From contig OZ281494.1 of assembly GCA_965637545.1 (NCBI GenBank), positions 8,742,001 to 8,806,000 on the forward strand: DNA of 64,000 bases. The letters are read 5' to 3'. Within the stretch, counting starts at the first letter, position 1, and every line of letters begins with the position of its first letter. This DNA comes from Phallusia mammillata. Taxonomy: Eukaryota. The notes under the pieces are model-generated. The model was not told the origin of the DNA and searched no databases. It saw nothing but the letters and a program-made list of their open reading frames with translations. Position numbers and translations under genes: made by a program. This document shows positions 1 to 12,600 of this stretch, piece by piece.

Positions 1-7
1 AACTTAC

Positions 8-176
8 AGCAATGTAGAGTTGATTCTACAGGTGGTCCACATCGCAAGACAAGACAACCTACATCGGGGAGATCGTGTTTAGTAGTTTTAGGACTCAGAT
101 GATACACGCATAACTTACCTTCGACGAGGCAAATGAAAGAGATTAAACTCAAACACTTCAAAGTAACTTTATACAT
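8..176 (-). CDS. First two coding exons of a secreted/membrane protein gene continuing beyond the left edge (possibly another adhesion GPCR paralog)
   Basis: Exon 119-176 encodes MYKVTLKCLSLISFICLVEG (signal-peptide-like, phase 1, donor GTAAGT). Exon 8-58 encodes CLVLRCGPPVESTLHC (phase 1-1, AG acceptor, donor GTAAGT). Family identity cannot be determined from this window. Confidence 0.5.
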
Positions 177-321
177 GTTAACCTTTCCAGTATTTAGGCG
201 AGTTTACATTTACACAATTTTACTCAATTTTTTACACAATTTTTACTATCTTTTTCCGAAAACAACACAATTTTTTTAAACAAAACTGCAAGAGAGCTTG
301 TGCATAAAAAATAACATCGTA

Positions 322-362
322 TTGAAGACGTTTCAACAATCGCTGTTGTCATCATCATTCTA
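322..362 (-). ncRNA. Degenerate minimal hammerhead motif (family A)
   Basis: Minus strand: ATGATGA-TGACAACAGCGATTGTT-GAAAC-GTC. A 26-nt block is identical to the copy near 30300. Confidence 0.4.
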
Positions 363-1813
363 AGGTAATTGCAGAAAGCAACTGTTCAACGTCTGCACTA
401 CGATGTATAACTTACACAAAGGCTCTAAGACAGTTGTTTTTGATCAAGCTCTTTTTTAACTCCATTTTTAGAGATTTAGAGCTACAAAGCAACATGACTA
501 AACAAATTGCGCAAAAAAAGAGATATTAATATTAAAATTCAGAGACACTCATTTTACGCCTGACAGTCTAACTAGCAATTTGGAATTTTTTTCAAGATAT
601 CCATCTCAGGTCGCAACCCCACATTTTTTCTCATCAGGTTTTACTGATGTTACCATACCAGATGATCTAAAGCCGAGAAATTAATATTTTATAGGTTTAC
701 GCGAAACCGGTTGTTAACCAACGCCACTGGTTATTGTTGGCTGCACGTTGTCCGGGTAAAAAGCAAACACCACATTCCGGATAAAGGTCAAATAAAAATT
801 GTAAGCGGGCTGTTTGGAATTGATTGCGTGACGACGTTAATATTTTGATGTTAACTTAGACCAGGTACGTGTAAACATTACTTCTTAGGACCAACACAGT
901 TTACCCATATTGAAAACAATATTTATATCGATGAAAGTACGCACCAGACCAACTAGAACCGCCTGAAGCGTTTTGCATAAGTTGCTTCAAACTAGCAATA
1001 CTGCACTCACCCTGGATAAAAAAACCTCTACCCTTCTTTTTTCTTCAATTGATCCTGTGTTACTGCGTATCAAAGATCCTTAATGAAATGCCTGTTTAGT
1101 TTGTTAATAATTGTCACGCCTTTAAAGCCTACTGAAAAAGCACACGAAAACTGTACTCACCAGTGAAACTTTGCTGTTTTCACACACACAGAAAAAAACA
1201 CTGTAAAAGAATGATGCAAACAAGCACTGTGCAAGTTTCAAACATTATCACACATCACAACTGTAGCTAATCAAGTGTTTTAAAAGCAATGCAAAAGAGG
1301 CAAGAACAAGTGCAGGCAAACACGGAAAATGCCGGGGGATTAAATTGCTCGTGGAACCCGTTCAAAGCAACGTACGCCTGATTAGTGGTTGAAAAAGAAC
1401 TCCGTGCATTAAAAACACAGAAATTCAGTTGAAATCACCACAAGAACGGTAAAGTTATAAACATTTCTATCTGCTTGCCGAAGCACGTAACAAATACATC
1501 AGAAAAGTCAAAACAAGTAAACGAACGTTGGTGATACACTGACGTAGCAAAAATTTAGAAGAAAACGTTTGTATTTTGCGATTGTAAACAATGTTAATAT
1601 TTATAAAAGTGACCTTCAAGTTGCTGCAAATCTCCTTACAGCAATCAAAAGTAATTTACGTAGTCAATGCTTGTAGATTTTAGACAGTAAAGACATGTAA
1701 CTGCCAGACACAGCTAGCTCTTCTAGTGAATGCGGTGTCTATATCTGTTTTGCCGCCCAATTTGGTCTATTCTGCGAAATAAATACATAGTAATGTGTCT
1801 TGTAGCAACGTTT

Positions 1814-4800
1814 TTACTTCGGTGGGGCGTTAGTCACTGCAGTGGTAATAGTGACCAGTTGCTGGCCGCCTTGACTTGCTGTGCTCATTGCTTTGCTGGC
1901 CTTGGCATGACTCGGCGAAACCCAGGACATGATCATGTTGCGCACATCAGGATTCACAACCACACATAAAACAAAGATCATCATTCCTTGGAGTCCGTTC
2001 ACGATGGCATTGATGTACATAATCAGAACTGATGTTTCATAATCGCCGAAACCTGTGTCGTTAGCAAATGGAAAGTAGTTTAGATTTTAAGCAAGTTCAG
2101 CGACAATCCTCTGAGGTATATGGATAAACGGTTTTCGACCTTAAATTTGTGGTACACAAGGGTCAATGGGACTGCTTCATGGGTACGAGAGGGCGAAAAA
2201 GTTTATAAAACTCCTAAAGGGGGGCACAGAAAAGTTTAACCACTACTGCTAACTTAGCAGTGCGTTAGCGTATTTGTTAGGACAGTAAGAAAATTTCCTC
2301 AACGTGTTTTCGTACCGTAAATTATGTGTTAGTAAAAAGTAGCGATGGTCGATAATTACACGGTTTATTGAAGGATCAAATATTAATAGTGTTTTTTGTT
2401 ACACTTCCTTAGACTTTATCTATCAGATATATTTGGTTCGGGTTAATACTACGTTGACGATATTGTTGGTAATATATGTCCCAGACGTTTTATTCGACAA
2501 ACAAAACGTAATTTATAGAAAATCGACAATTTCGTACCTGTAAAGAATCCAATAGTCCATGGGATGCCAAGCACAGGTATAAGAACCACGAGTGCCCTCA
2601 CAGCGGAATATACGTCATCTTTAATCGTCAATTTCTCCTCGGACTTTTTGTTTCGGCGCTTTTTGGATCGCCTCTTCATTTTTATAACAGTCACTGTCAC
2701 TTTGGTTGTGATCACAACGTTCAGAAACAGCACAGTTGCTATTGGAACGATAACGGCCACAATAAATAGTGTTGTAGTAGGGTCGAGCCAGCATCTGTCG
2801 TATTTTTGAACCCAGTCGGTATGCTGTTCTGGATTGAGTTCATGTTCTGCTAATTGCTTTTCGTACAGATAGCAAGGTTTCATGTAACTGTCGGTTAGAG
2901 TGCCCACGACAAGAGCAGGAATCACGATTAACAATGGAAAGCCCCATCCCGTGAAGAGACAACACGTACGTTTACGTCTGTAACTCTGTGCTCTGTACAG
3001 TAATGCGTGATCTGAGGTAACTATTAAAACCCTGGTCCCTTCCACTAGCATCCACATTCCTGTAAAAAAACAAACAAGTTGTTGTAATAGTAGTAGCAAT
3101 CTTCCATGCTAAACAATTCCTGTCCAACCAACACATTTAATATGTATTGCATATATATTTCAATAAGAAAGTTTTTAGCAGCATTTTACCGGCACCGCAG
3201 CGTCGTATAAACTGGTTGTTATTATAACAGTCGCAATGTTAATCTATATGGAACCATTTAGATTCATAGTGTGTTACGTAAGTATGACACAGTATGGAAG
3301 TGTTATCCAGCTTTTATTAGGGTATGGGTTTGGCGTACGAGCATAATTTATTTTTACACTTGATGATAATTTCCCTTTTCAACAACAAATATTTAGCGAC
3401 ACACTGAAAAATCTCTACCGGACACTGCGGCGCGACCAAGTGGTTGAAAAATAGTGCATGAAAGATTTCTGTCATAACGTATTTTTTTCTAATGAAAACT
3501 GTTTAAAATGTAAAAGGTTCTGGGATATTAATAGAAAATAAAAACCTAACCACCGACAGTGAATCATGTACGTAGTATATAAAATCACTGACAAGATTCA
3601 GTTACGTAAGTTTTCTTATGCTATATCACACTTCCATAAAGGTCTTATTACGCCAACATGACATATTTACCAACTAACCTGTCGTGCATAAGAAGTAGTG
3701 GGAGGCCACAGCTAGACAGAAACACGCAAGGTCATTGTCCAGTGCAAGGTCATGGAACAAACTGACCACATGAAGCATAAGGAGTGAGGCTGCCGAATTA
3801 ATCTGGACCACGACGCGGTCAAGATTAGAAGCTGTTTGTCCGAATCGAAGCAAACCAACGGTGACCGCGAGGAAAAACACTGATAGGGATTCGGTGACGT
3901 ACGAACAAATCTAAACAGAGAAAATAGATTTTCTCTAGATGAATGAAACAAATGTACTCAAGAACAGCAATTGGCACTGTAACCAGAACAGAAGTTCGGA
4001 AGAGGCCAAAACCATTTGGAGAAAGAACTAACGATTTTTGACTAGGTTCAGTAGGTTTAAAATACTGCATCATGTTCTTAAAAGGCACGATTTTAAATAA
4101 GGTAGTGAGAATAAGGGGGATGGACTTGGAACCTTTCAAGTATAACTCCAGATGTGAAGTTCTCACTCAAGCAACAATGTTATGATGTAAATTCATTCTT
4201 TAATCCAGTCTATTAGTGTTTCTAACTAAAAACTGTTCATAATTTACCTGTACACCCCTCGGGATGACCGATGCCTGTACTGATAGCATGATCGCAAACA
4301 CTGACGTATGATTGCTTTTACACTTAACTTCATCGGGAACACCGGTGTCAATGCGCATAGTTCCGTAAGTTGAGAACCTTTCTTCTTCAGTATCGAAGTA
4401 GCCGCACGTGTAATCGGCTCCATGAAGAAATACCTTTTCTCCTCGCTTTCGTTTTTCCACTTGTTGCATGAATTTTTCCACGACGTTTTTGGTGTGTGAC
4501 ATTTTCGCAGTAAATGCCACGTTTCCATTCAGTTTTCTCATGTCCTCCGTAGCGTAACCAGACACACTGAGATATGGCGAATCTTCAGGCATCATCATGT
4601 ACTCCCTCTTAGCGTCCCACTTGCTCCTCTTTTCCTCTTTAGGAATAAAACTGTTTCTTTGCTCTCGGGTCCCGTTAAACTGCGACGCAGCTACAACATA
4701 CTCAGGGCATTCACCGTTGGGCCCAGTGTGCCCGAAAGCACACAAAAGTGTGAATTTACCGAGCTCTATGGTGTCTGTACTTGTGCAGTTTCTCCGCGAA

Positions 4801-7618
4801 GTTATGATTTTCATAGTGTTGTCGCTGTATTTCAGTTGGTTGGTTTTGTTGCGAACCGACCTTTCCCCGATTTTCATAAGGTTTTTTTCGATCTTCATGA
4901 ACATTTTCATTGAAGAATTGTCGCGGCAAAGCATGCGTTGTAAGTTTCCGATTTCGGTCTCATCATTATCTTGTGGAATCGCTGTTTGATTGCTTGTTAC
5001 GGTTGCAGCCGTGGAAGAAACTGTAATTTGTTATTTGGTTCAAATTATGACATTTTGTTTTTAAATATAGAATTGATAAAATATAAAGATTTAATAAGTA
5101 CCGTACGAAAGTTTTTTGTACCGACGTTTCAACGTCCATTATAGGTCACATTTTTTTAGGGTAAATAAGTATTATTTACAGTGATGAAGGTGATATGTAT
5201 ATAGGACATCGAAACGTCGGTACAAAAAATACAATTTCCAGACTAGCTGTATATAAATTGATATTATGCCTGAAAGCAACAGGGCAAATACTTTTATTAC
5301 CTGAAATAAACCCATAAAAACCCTCCAGGAAATAGTTTGCTGTTAGTTGCCACTGACAAATGTTAAAAACAAAAATTCTACAATATTTATTTATACTTTT
5401 TTTTCATTAGCGAATGAATACAAACTGATTTACCCATGTTTGTAGCCATGTTGTTTGCCAGTTCACCTGCAGCCGTGTGATTGAGTTGAACATTAGGCCA
5501 AGTAAACGTGCTAGTTTCAAACGTTGTCGTATCTGCAACTGAAAATTGCCTTGAAGTTACATCAGGTGTTGTATCAAATGTATTCGGTCCAGCTGTGGTT
5601 CCTACAGAATTTTGACCGCCTGTAATCAAAATATATTAGCACGTAAATAAAATCTTAAATTTATTATTTTTGCTTCTTACATGTCCGGTGTCGTGGAGGC
5701 ACACGACAGGAGAGCGCGTGCATTCTGTTGTTGCAATTGCAGCCCTGAACTGTAAATAAAAATGTTTAGTTATTGTTCTCAACAATTTATGGCAATTTTT
5801 TTTGCATTAACATTACACCATCAATCGTATATTAGTCATGATGAAATAAAAATAAAACGTAAACCGGTGTTTATGTTTTATGCTAGCGTGTCGAATTTGT
5901 TATATTGTTTTGCAAATCAATGTGCAATGCATTAGATATGACAAGGATTAATAGGAGGCAAGTCGCTTTTAACTCAGGGTTTTATGGCAGGGTTGTAAGT
6001 CGGGCTGGCTTTTTCAGGTTAGGTTATTGTTTGCACTGGATAAGGGCATGAGTTTCTACTTGCCGCATTTTCGTCGTATGCTAATTTTTTCATTCTTATG
6101 TATAAATGGTTGCGCGTGGATTTGTTGCATACAAACATTGTTTCGAAAACTTTTAAATGAAACTTGTCTGCCAAATTACATTCGGTAAAGTATAAACTTT
6201 AGGACCTAAACTAAACACTAATTCAGAACTAAAACAACTTGACTTGGGGTAGGTTTCGGGTTTTAAGTTGAGCTTGCTTACAACTCTTACCTGTTGTCAC
6301 ACAAATTGTCAACACACTTGAACCACTTGAAACCGGGCAACAAGTTCCATTTGTGCACCTCACTGCATACAACCGAAATATTAATTTTTAAACTTCTGTC
6401 TACCACAGTTAAACGGCCATTACTATGTCACCAGGGCGGTTAGTTACACAAAGCTTGTTCTTTTTTCTTGTGTCTTCAGACCATTTCAAACGATTTTAAC
6501 GATTAGCTTTTTTGAATTGTGAATACGAAACAAAAGAAAATTTGGGCAAGTTATGTATTTTACATAAAATGCTTTACATAAAAGTCAAAAAAAGTTTTAA
6601 AAAACAAAAGCATGTTGCAGTATTCTTCATTATTGCAATATTTAACAACTTTTACAGTCGAGTAAATTATACATTGACCACTTCATTAACTTTAAACAAT
6701 TCAAAGAAATCTAGTAGACATTTACTTATTGGCGATGGCAAAACGTTTCCTAAAAATAGAGTCAAGGCTTTATTGTCATCGCAAAATCAGCCAGTCTATT
6801 TATAACCGAAATCCCTTGTTTTAAAAAAAATCGACTTGAAAAGCAAAAACAAAAACATTTCGACAAAAAGATGAAGAAAAATGCGTACCTGATCCGCCCT
6901 GTAGTGACCAATGGTGTGTTCGTTGGCCTACATTTGGACCACAAACTGCAAAAACAATTTGACATACGGTTTAAAATCCGACATACATACTACTGTAATG
7001 GGTTCGAATCCCACGGCGGGCTATTTTCTAGACTGTGCGAAATTAGGACTCGTACATTTCAACCCCTGTAAATCATTGCAATCGCGTTGTTCATACCTGT
7101 GTCGTCGTAGGTAACCGGTGTACAAAGTCCGTCGACCGGTTTAATCTTACAGCGGGCGTAATAACATTCGTCTGCACAACAACAAATTAGATAAGCTATA
7201 TAATCGCCTCTAGTCAATTTCTATTTGTAGTCATGATGAAAACATAATTTAAGTCGAATCTCAGAAATAATTGAAATAATTGCAGCAACGGTTAGAAGCT
7301 TCAAAGCTACAAGATTATGGCATTGGATAATACTATCCGCTATTTCGAACTGCCAAAGGTGTATCTAATTACGTGCTAATCTCACCATTAAAGAGTTGAA
7401 AGTAAAACCTGCATAAAACTTATCTGCATAAAACAGCATGTCAATACATACTATATATGTTTTCCTCTTTTGCTTCTACTTTGTTGATTGTTTTAATAGA
7501 GTAACTTGCATTCACCTGTAGCGTGGGCGACAATTAAGAACAAGCCCCATAGAACTAAGCACATCAACGGTTTGGGTGCAGTAGTCCGTCTTGCATCAGT
7601 AACTATCAGTTCCATCAT
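1814..7618 (-). CDS. Adhesion GPCR (family B2, GAIN/GPS + 7TM), paralog 1, 10 exons
   Basis: Phase-consistent GT-AG exons: 7516-7618 (signal ...MCLVLWGLFLIVAHAT), 7097-7171, 6889-6945, 6291-6362, 5681-5749 (Cys-rich mini-exons), 5434-5619 (Ser/Thr stalk), 4248-5020 (GAIN, GPS CKSNHTSVFAIML), 3679-3910 (TM1-3, VQIN), 2538-3059 (WMLVEG, GWGFP, RCWL, LGIPW), 1814-2052 (NGLQG TM7, stop TAA). Confidence 0.9.
5112..5229. repeat. Palindromic element made of two back-to-back degenerate hammerhead motifs (family B)
   Basis: 19-bp perfect inverted repeat TTTTTTGTACCGACGTTTC / GAAACGTCGGTACAAAAAA. The plus arm reads GTGATGA-AGGTGATATGTATATAGGACATC-GAAACGTC; the minus-arm core is destroyed. Confidence 0.55.
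5990..6288. mobile_element. MITE-like element of the GTTGTAAGTCGGGC family
   Basis: Ends GGGTTGTAAG / CTTACAACTCT. Related CGGGCCGGG-rich pieces occur at about 22447-22660, 41718-41810 and 53705-53870. Confidence 0.4.
6995..7025 (+). other. tRNA-derived (SINE-like) B-box fragment in an intron
   Basis: GGGTTCGAATCCCACGGCGGGC matches a T-arm/B-box; no cloverleaf 5' half is present. Confidence 0.35.
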
Positions 7619-9630
7619 CAGTCATCCAGCAGTTATCTTCTACTCGGTGTTAGTGCAATTGTGTAGCTACTTCTACTTTCACCAAGCAAAAAAAAAACGC
7701 ATTGTGAAACGTACTGGTTAAAAATAGTGATATTCCGAATATTCGGTATGCTGAATGTTTTGGCCGAATCGGTGATTTTTATGAAGATTCGGCTTCGGGG
7801 GAATAACTTGTTGCGACTAGGCCAAAACCAAACCTTTTACAAATACCACTTTAAAGCGCGAAACGTGTTTTTAGTCTATTTACTTATTCCAGGACCATTT
7901 AAACTGCGCATTAACTAAATCGTGTTCGATATTGTAATTTTCAAAGCGTAATCATTTTATATCCTCCAGATAAAACATAGCACTATTACATTTGCAGGTT
8001 GGCTACGACCGCCAGTACAACCATTAAATCCATAGTTCTAAGATCATTTTGTTACACAACTATCCTATTGTAGTAGCATCGCTGTTTGCCTGGCAGCAAA
8101 ACAAGCTCTTTATTTCTAAATCGTAGCGCACGACTTCGCAAGACAAATAATTCGGTTTCAGGCCGAGCCCAAATAGCATCACCGGTCATAACACTGGTGT
8201 AACTAGCATGTATGGTTATCACACAATTTAGATTAGCAAATTTCCAATTGTATTGAATTGAAATGAACTGTTAATTTTATTTCCCAGAAGTCCCTTTTAA
8301 TCAAAATTTTCATCATACTTCTTAATCGCAGTGGTCAAAAGGGTGAAATGCCCGTCTCATTCTATCTCGTACACTCAACGTAAACGTGCCTCAACTCAAG
8401 AAACATATTTGCATTTGCTCTACAACCCACATGAACCGGTCAACAATTAAATGTTGTTGATTGCGTTGGACGATGCACTTCGCTATGGCTGCTTGCTGTA
8501 ATGAGACTTTTACTAATGAAAGTCGATTACTCGGGTGGCCAATTAAACGCTAATTGAATTGACTCTCGAGAAGTGGTCGCCGCTGACAAATGGGTTAATC
8601 GACAACATTAGTTCTTCCAGAAATACAAAATTGGATACTAATGAAAATAAAATTGGTAAATGAAGGTTAACATATAAGCTAAGAATTAACAACCAGAAAA
8701 CAAAATATATTGTAATACAAATCTGAAATTACAAACGTTTTTCATGACCGCAAAGTGATAAAGTGTATTCACACATGTAAATTATTTTGTATTGCGTTTT
8801 TGTCTAGACGTTTTTTTGTCTGTTAAAACATATAAACATTACGCCAACAGAAAACAATTTTCTAAGGCAGACAAATACGAGATCAAAACACCCAACCACT
8901 AAGTAGGAATTCTGTTTCAACTACATTACTTCAAATGCCTTTGCTTGAAAAGGAAGATTTCAGTCCTAACTTGAAACGCGTTTTAAACTATAAGTGGATG
9001 ATTTTTTGACGCAAATATTTATAAAATTTATACTTGAGATTTCCCGCGACCCATATGAGCTGTTTCGGTTGTATTGATTGGTAAAAAAGGAAAAGCTTTT
9101 CGAAAATTTAATGGAAATTGCTGATGTGCAAGTTTTGGCCGAAATGATTCGTTCTATTCGCCAAACATTCCCATTGAGCTTAATTTAAGATAGGTTCGCT
9201 ACATTATCAGCCAGGCAACTTGTGACGTCGCAATCAGAAGCAACGTTAACTCGTCAAAAACAAGTCGTAGGTACATTTTTTTCACGCAACACTTTATAGC
9301 CATGGCAAATAAAAACGCAGCAAGGCAAAGTTATAGAAAAATAGTGCTTTTAGTACAAAACAACTAATACTTTGGGAAACATCGCCGTTCACCAAGTTTC
9401 TGCTGGTTCCAATTCTGCCCCAGCCGTTCGAGTTTTCCAGGAAGAAACTTAGTCACATTGATCAACCAAAGGCAATACAACAAAAAATTCAACAAACAAA
9501 ATTATCATGACCGATTTTTTTCTTCTTTTAGATAAAAAGTATACTAAACAATGGTTATGAACTTTATATGGAAGTGTGAGTTGTCACGGATACAAAATAA
9601 TAAATAGTATTTCACAGAAGCAATAAAACG

Positions 9631-12600
9631 CTAAGTTTGTTCTTCATCGTTAGGTTTAAAAGCAACATTAGATTCGTCCCAATTATTGTCGCCCCGATCA
9701 ACATCCAAAGTTGGTTTCTTTTTTCTTCCTCTCATTGGATCTTCGTAATCGATTCCGAACCGAAGAACCTTGCGTATTCGCTCGGGGGTCCATCGGAATA
9801 TGGCCAGGTCGAAAAATGCGATCGTCACTCCTTTAGGCAGGTCCCGCGGTCTTTGGAAACCTAAATGATGTCCCGAATTCAATGTGTTGCTGAAATTTCT
9901 AAATGCCTTTGACCAAAACCTTGGACAGAGCCTCGGTAAAACCTTCCCTTCGATGGGAAGCCTTGGACAGGCCCTTGGTAAAACGTTGGACAAAGTCCTG
10001 GTCAAACCTCGGACAGACCCTTGGTCAAATCTCGGTAAGGGCCTCGGTCAAACCTTTGCCTGAGCCCTGGTTAAACCTATGAGCCTTAATTAACTGACGT
10101 TTGGAGCGTTAGAGGGTAAAATTTAAGTTCTTGTGTTATTTCATACCTGTAAAAACAGAAACTACGTGTGCGACAACAATGTTCACAATAAATCCGAACA
10201 CCCCATAAAGTGTGTAGCTCATGGCGTAGAACTCGGCAATAGGATGTCTCATCTGCGTTTCAAAGGCGGTTGTGTTTGTTCCAAGGTCTGCCCCCCAAAA
10301 AAGTACAATTAAAGTATACAGAAATCGGTTTTATTGTATATTAAAGAAAGAAGCTGAAGATGCATTGCCATGAATTTTAAGTACAACAAGTAAACAATGG
10401 AGAATTTCTTTTACAATTTGTTAGTTGATGTAAGTATTACCAGGGTTGCGATCGATCTAAGTGCAAAATAAGGACGATGGGTAACAGATTGTATATGTCC
10501 CAATCAAACATCACTTATGCAAATATTTTATGATATTCAAATAGCCAGCGAGAATTGTTCAATTTACTCTGGTATTACTTAACTAAATCTTGTTTGTCGT
10601 GTCTTGAATAGAAAAAAACGTACATTGGCAGCTAAGATTAAAAAGGAATAAAACCTTTTTTTTAAATAAAGAGAATCAGACGTTGTCTAACAAAACGAAA
10701 ACAAATTTAAAAAATAAACGCGCTATGACAAACCAGGTTATTCCGTTGGAAGCTATGGCATTGTTAGGGTGATGAAACAACAACTGTCTCAAGAAACAAT
10801 ATACATCTGATTCGTACCGTAGCTCAATGTTGTGGTGTTGAGAGAGGCAACTGTGGTGGAGTTAAACGCTGTCATATTCCCCATCTCACACGCCACAGTA
10901 ACTAACTCCAACCTTCTCGCGTATTGCTCCAAGGGTGGATGAATTTGTTTACCCACAAGGCACCACGAGGCTCCCATAACACCGCTTGTCATGCCTACCA
11001 TTGCTCCCTATAATAAAAAACAAAATGCGTAACAATGAAGCACCTGATATGTAAGCCAATAAGAGTTATTAAGAATTGGTACTTATTTGCCCCAAAATTA
11101 TTTCGCACAAATCTTACTCACTTATCCAACGTAGAGCTTCTAGTACCATACCGCTCGGCAGTCCTTATTTTAAATACTAATATCTTACCCTAACGCACTT
11201 ATCCCTAACCGTAAGCATTTTTAGAGAGATATCGTTAAATGGGTGTTAGTGCTCTTTGTGCCAACTATCGGAATATAAAGTGTTGGGACTGCCGTCAGGT
11301 ATGGTGTAAGTAGATTTTTCGTTATCCAAGAATTAATCCATAGAAATCTTACTGACTTACCCACAAATTAATCCATGGAAATCTTACACACTCCCCAAGA
11401 ATTAATTCATTGAAATCATACTCAATTATCCAATAAATAATCCACCAAAATCATACTCACTTACCCAAGAATTTATCCAAGGAAATCCCCACCCCATGGT
11501 GAAAAGCGCAAGAGAAGGGCCAAGTACTACAGCGTTCACGCTAGCAGCTGCCTGAAAAATCTCACCAAGATTTGCTGCCAAGACAACTGTGGCTATGCAC
11601 GCCGCTCCGAATAAAACGACCAGCATCTAAGTCCCCAACAACATAAATTATGACTTACTATTATTCTTTGACCGATTTTAAGCACACGATAGCAGTTTAC
11701 CGAAGTTTCTCCTGAAGGATTTTGATCAAAATCGAACAAAAACAGCTAAAACTACAGTTCTACCTATAATTATATGCTTCGCACCTATAATAAACGTGTC
11801 AGGTGCCAGGTCGAATACCCAAAAATTTCGGTTGTGAAGGTTGAAAGTATGCCTGACTAGCCGTTGCAATCGCAAAAGGTAATTTGCAGTAATTTTCAAG
11901 TTCATAACGTCGATAAACAAACTGAGATCTTAGAAGAAAATTTATCACCAAAATCGAAATGCCAGATCGAATAATGAGTTTATAAGCATAGCGGTGGGTA
12001 ATGACCGGTAAATGGTACCTATTTACCCGCGACAAAACATGCATTTTAGCGAAAAGCATTTGAAAATAATGTAAATCGCAAGATAATTGGTAAATACGGA
12101 TCGTATAGAGTAGCAACAGTAAAAAAGCTAAACCACATTGTAATTATTTTACCTTTGACAACAGCAGGGTAACACGTGAACTGAGGCGCTTATAAGGCTT
12201 GATAAAATCCTCCAAAGCAACTGCCGCCATTGCGTTCAATCCTGAAGATATCGTGCTGCAGATATATGCACATAACCAGTGATTTGTGAGCCACCACTGC
12301 AGCCAGAACCATTAACTTATATCCATAAAACGGGTAGTTGATCTCAACCTGTGGCACGCGTACCACAGATGGTACGCTGAAGCTTTTCCGGTGGTACTTC
12401 TGTCATACTTGTCAAATCATTCATTGCAACTCAACTGACCCAACCGAACCGTCCTGGTTTGGGGCTAGACTTAGGTTTTGGACAAGCTTTTGGAATTGCT
12501 AACCTTATTGGTTTCGGAAACATGCTAGCCTGATGGTGGAACAAAATAGGCCTACCTCTTGATCTACCTATTCAAATAGGTAGTATACGCATCGATAGAA

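Noticed and set aside
4597-4989. Plus-strand ORFs overlapping aGPCR exons (also 2564-2809, 31078-31335, 31520-31795, 41254-41436, 47105-47299, 56467-56661) and off-frame minus ORFs such as 28373-28684
   Set aside because: They are shadows of real minus-strand exons and have no independent coding features.
6995-7025. tRNA gene (also GGTTCGAAACC at about 49900 and 59100)
   Set aside because: Only a B-box/T-arm is present, with no acceptor, D or anticodon arms.
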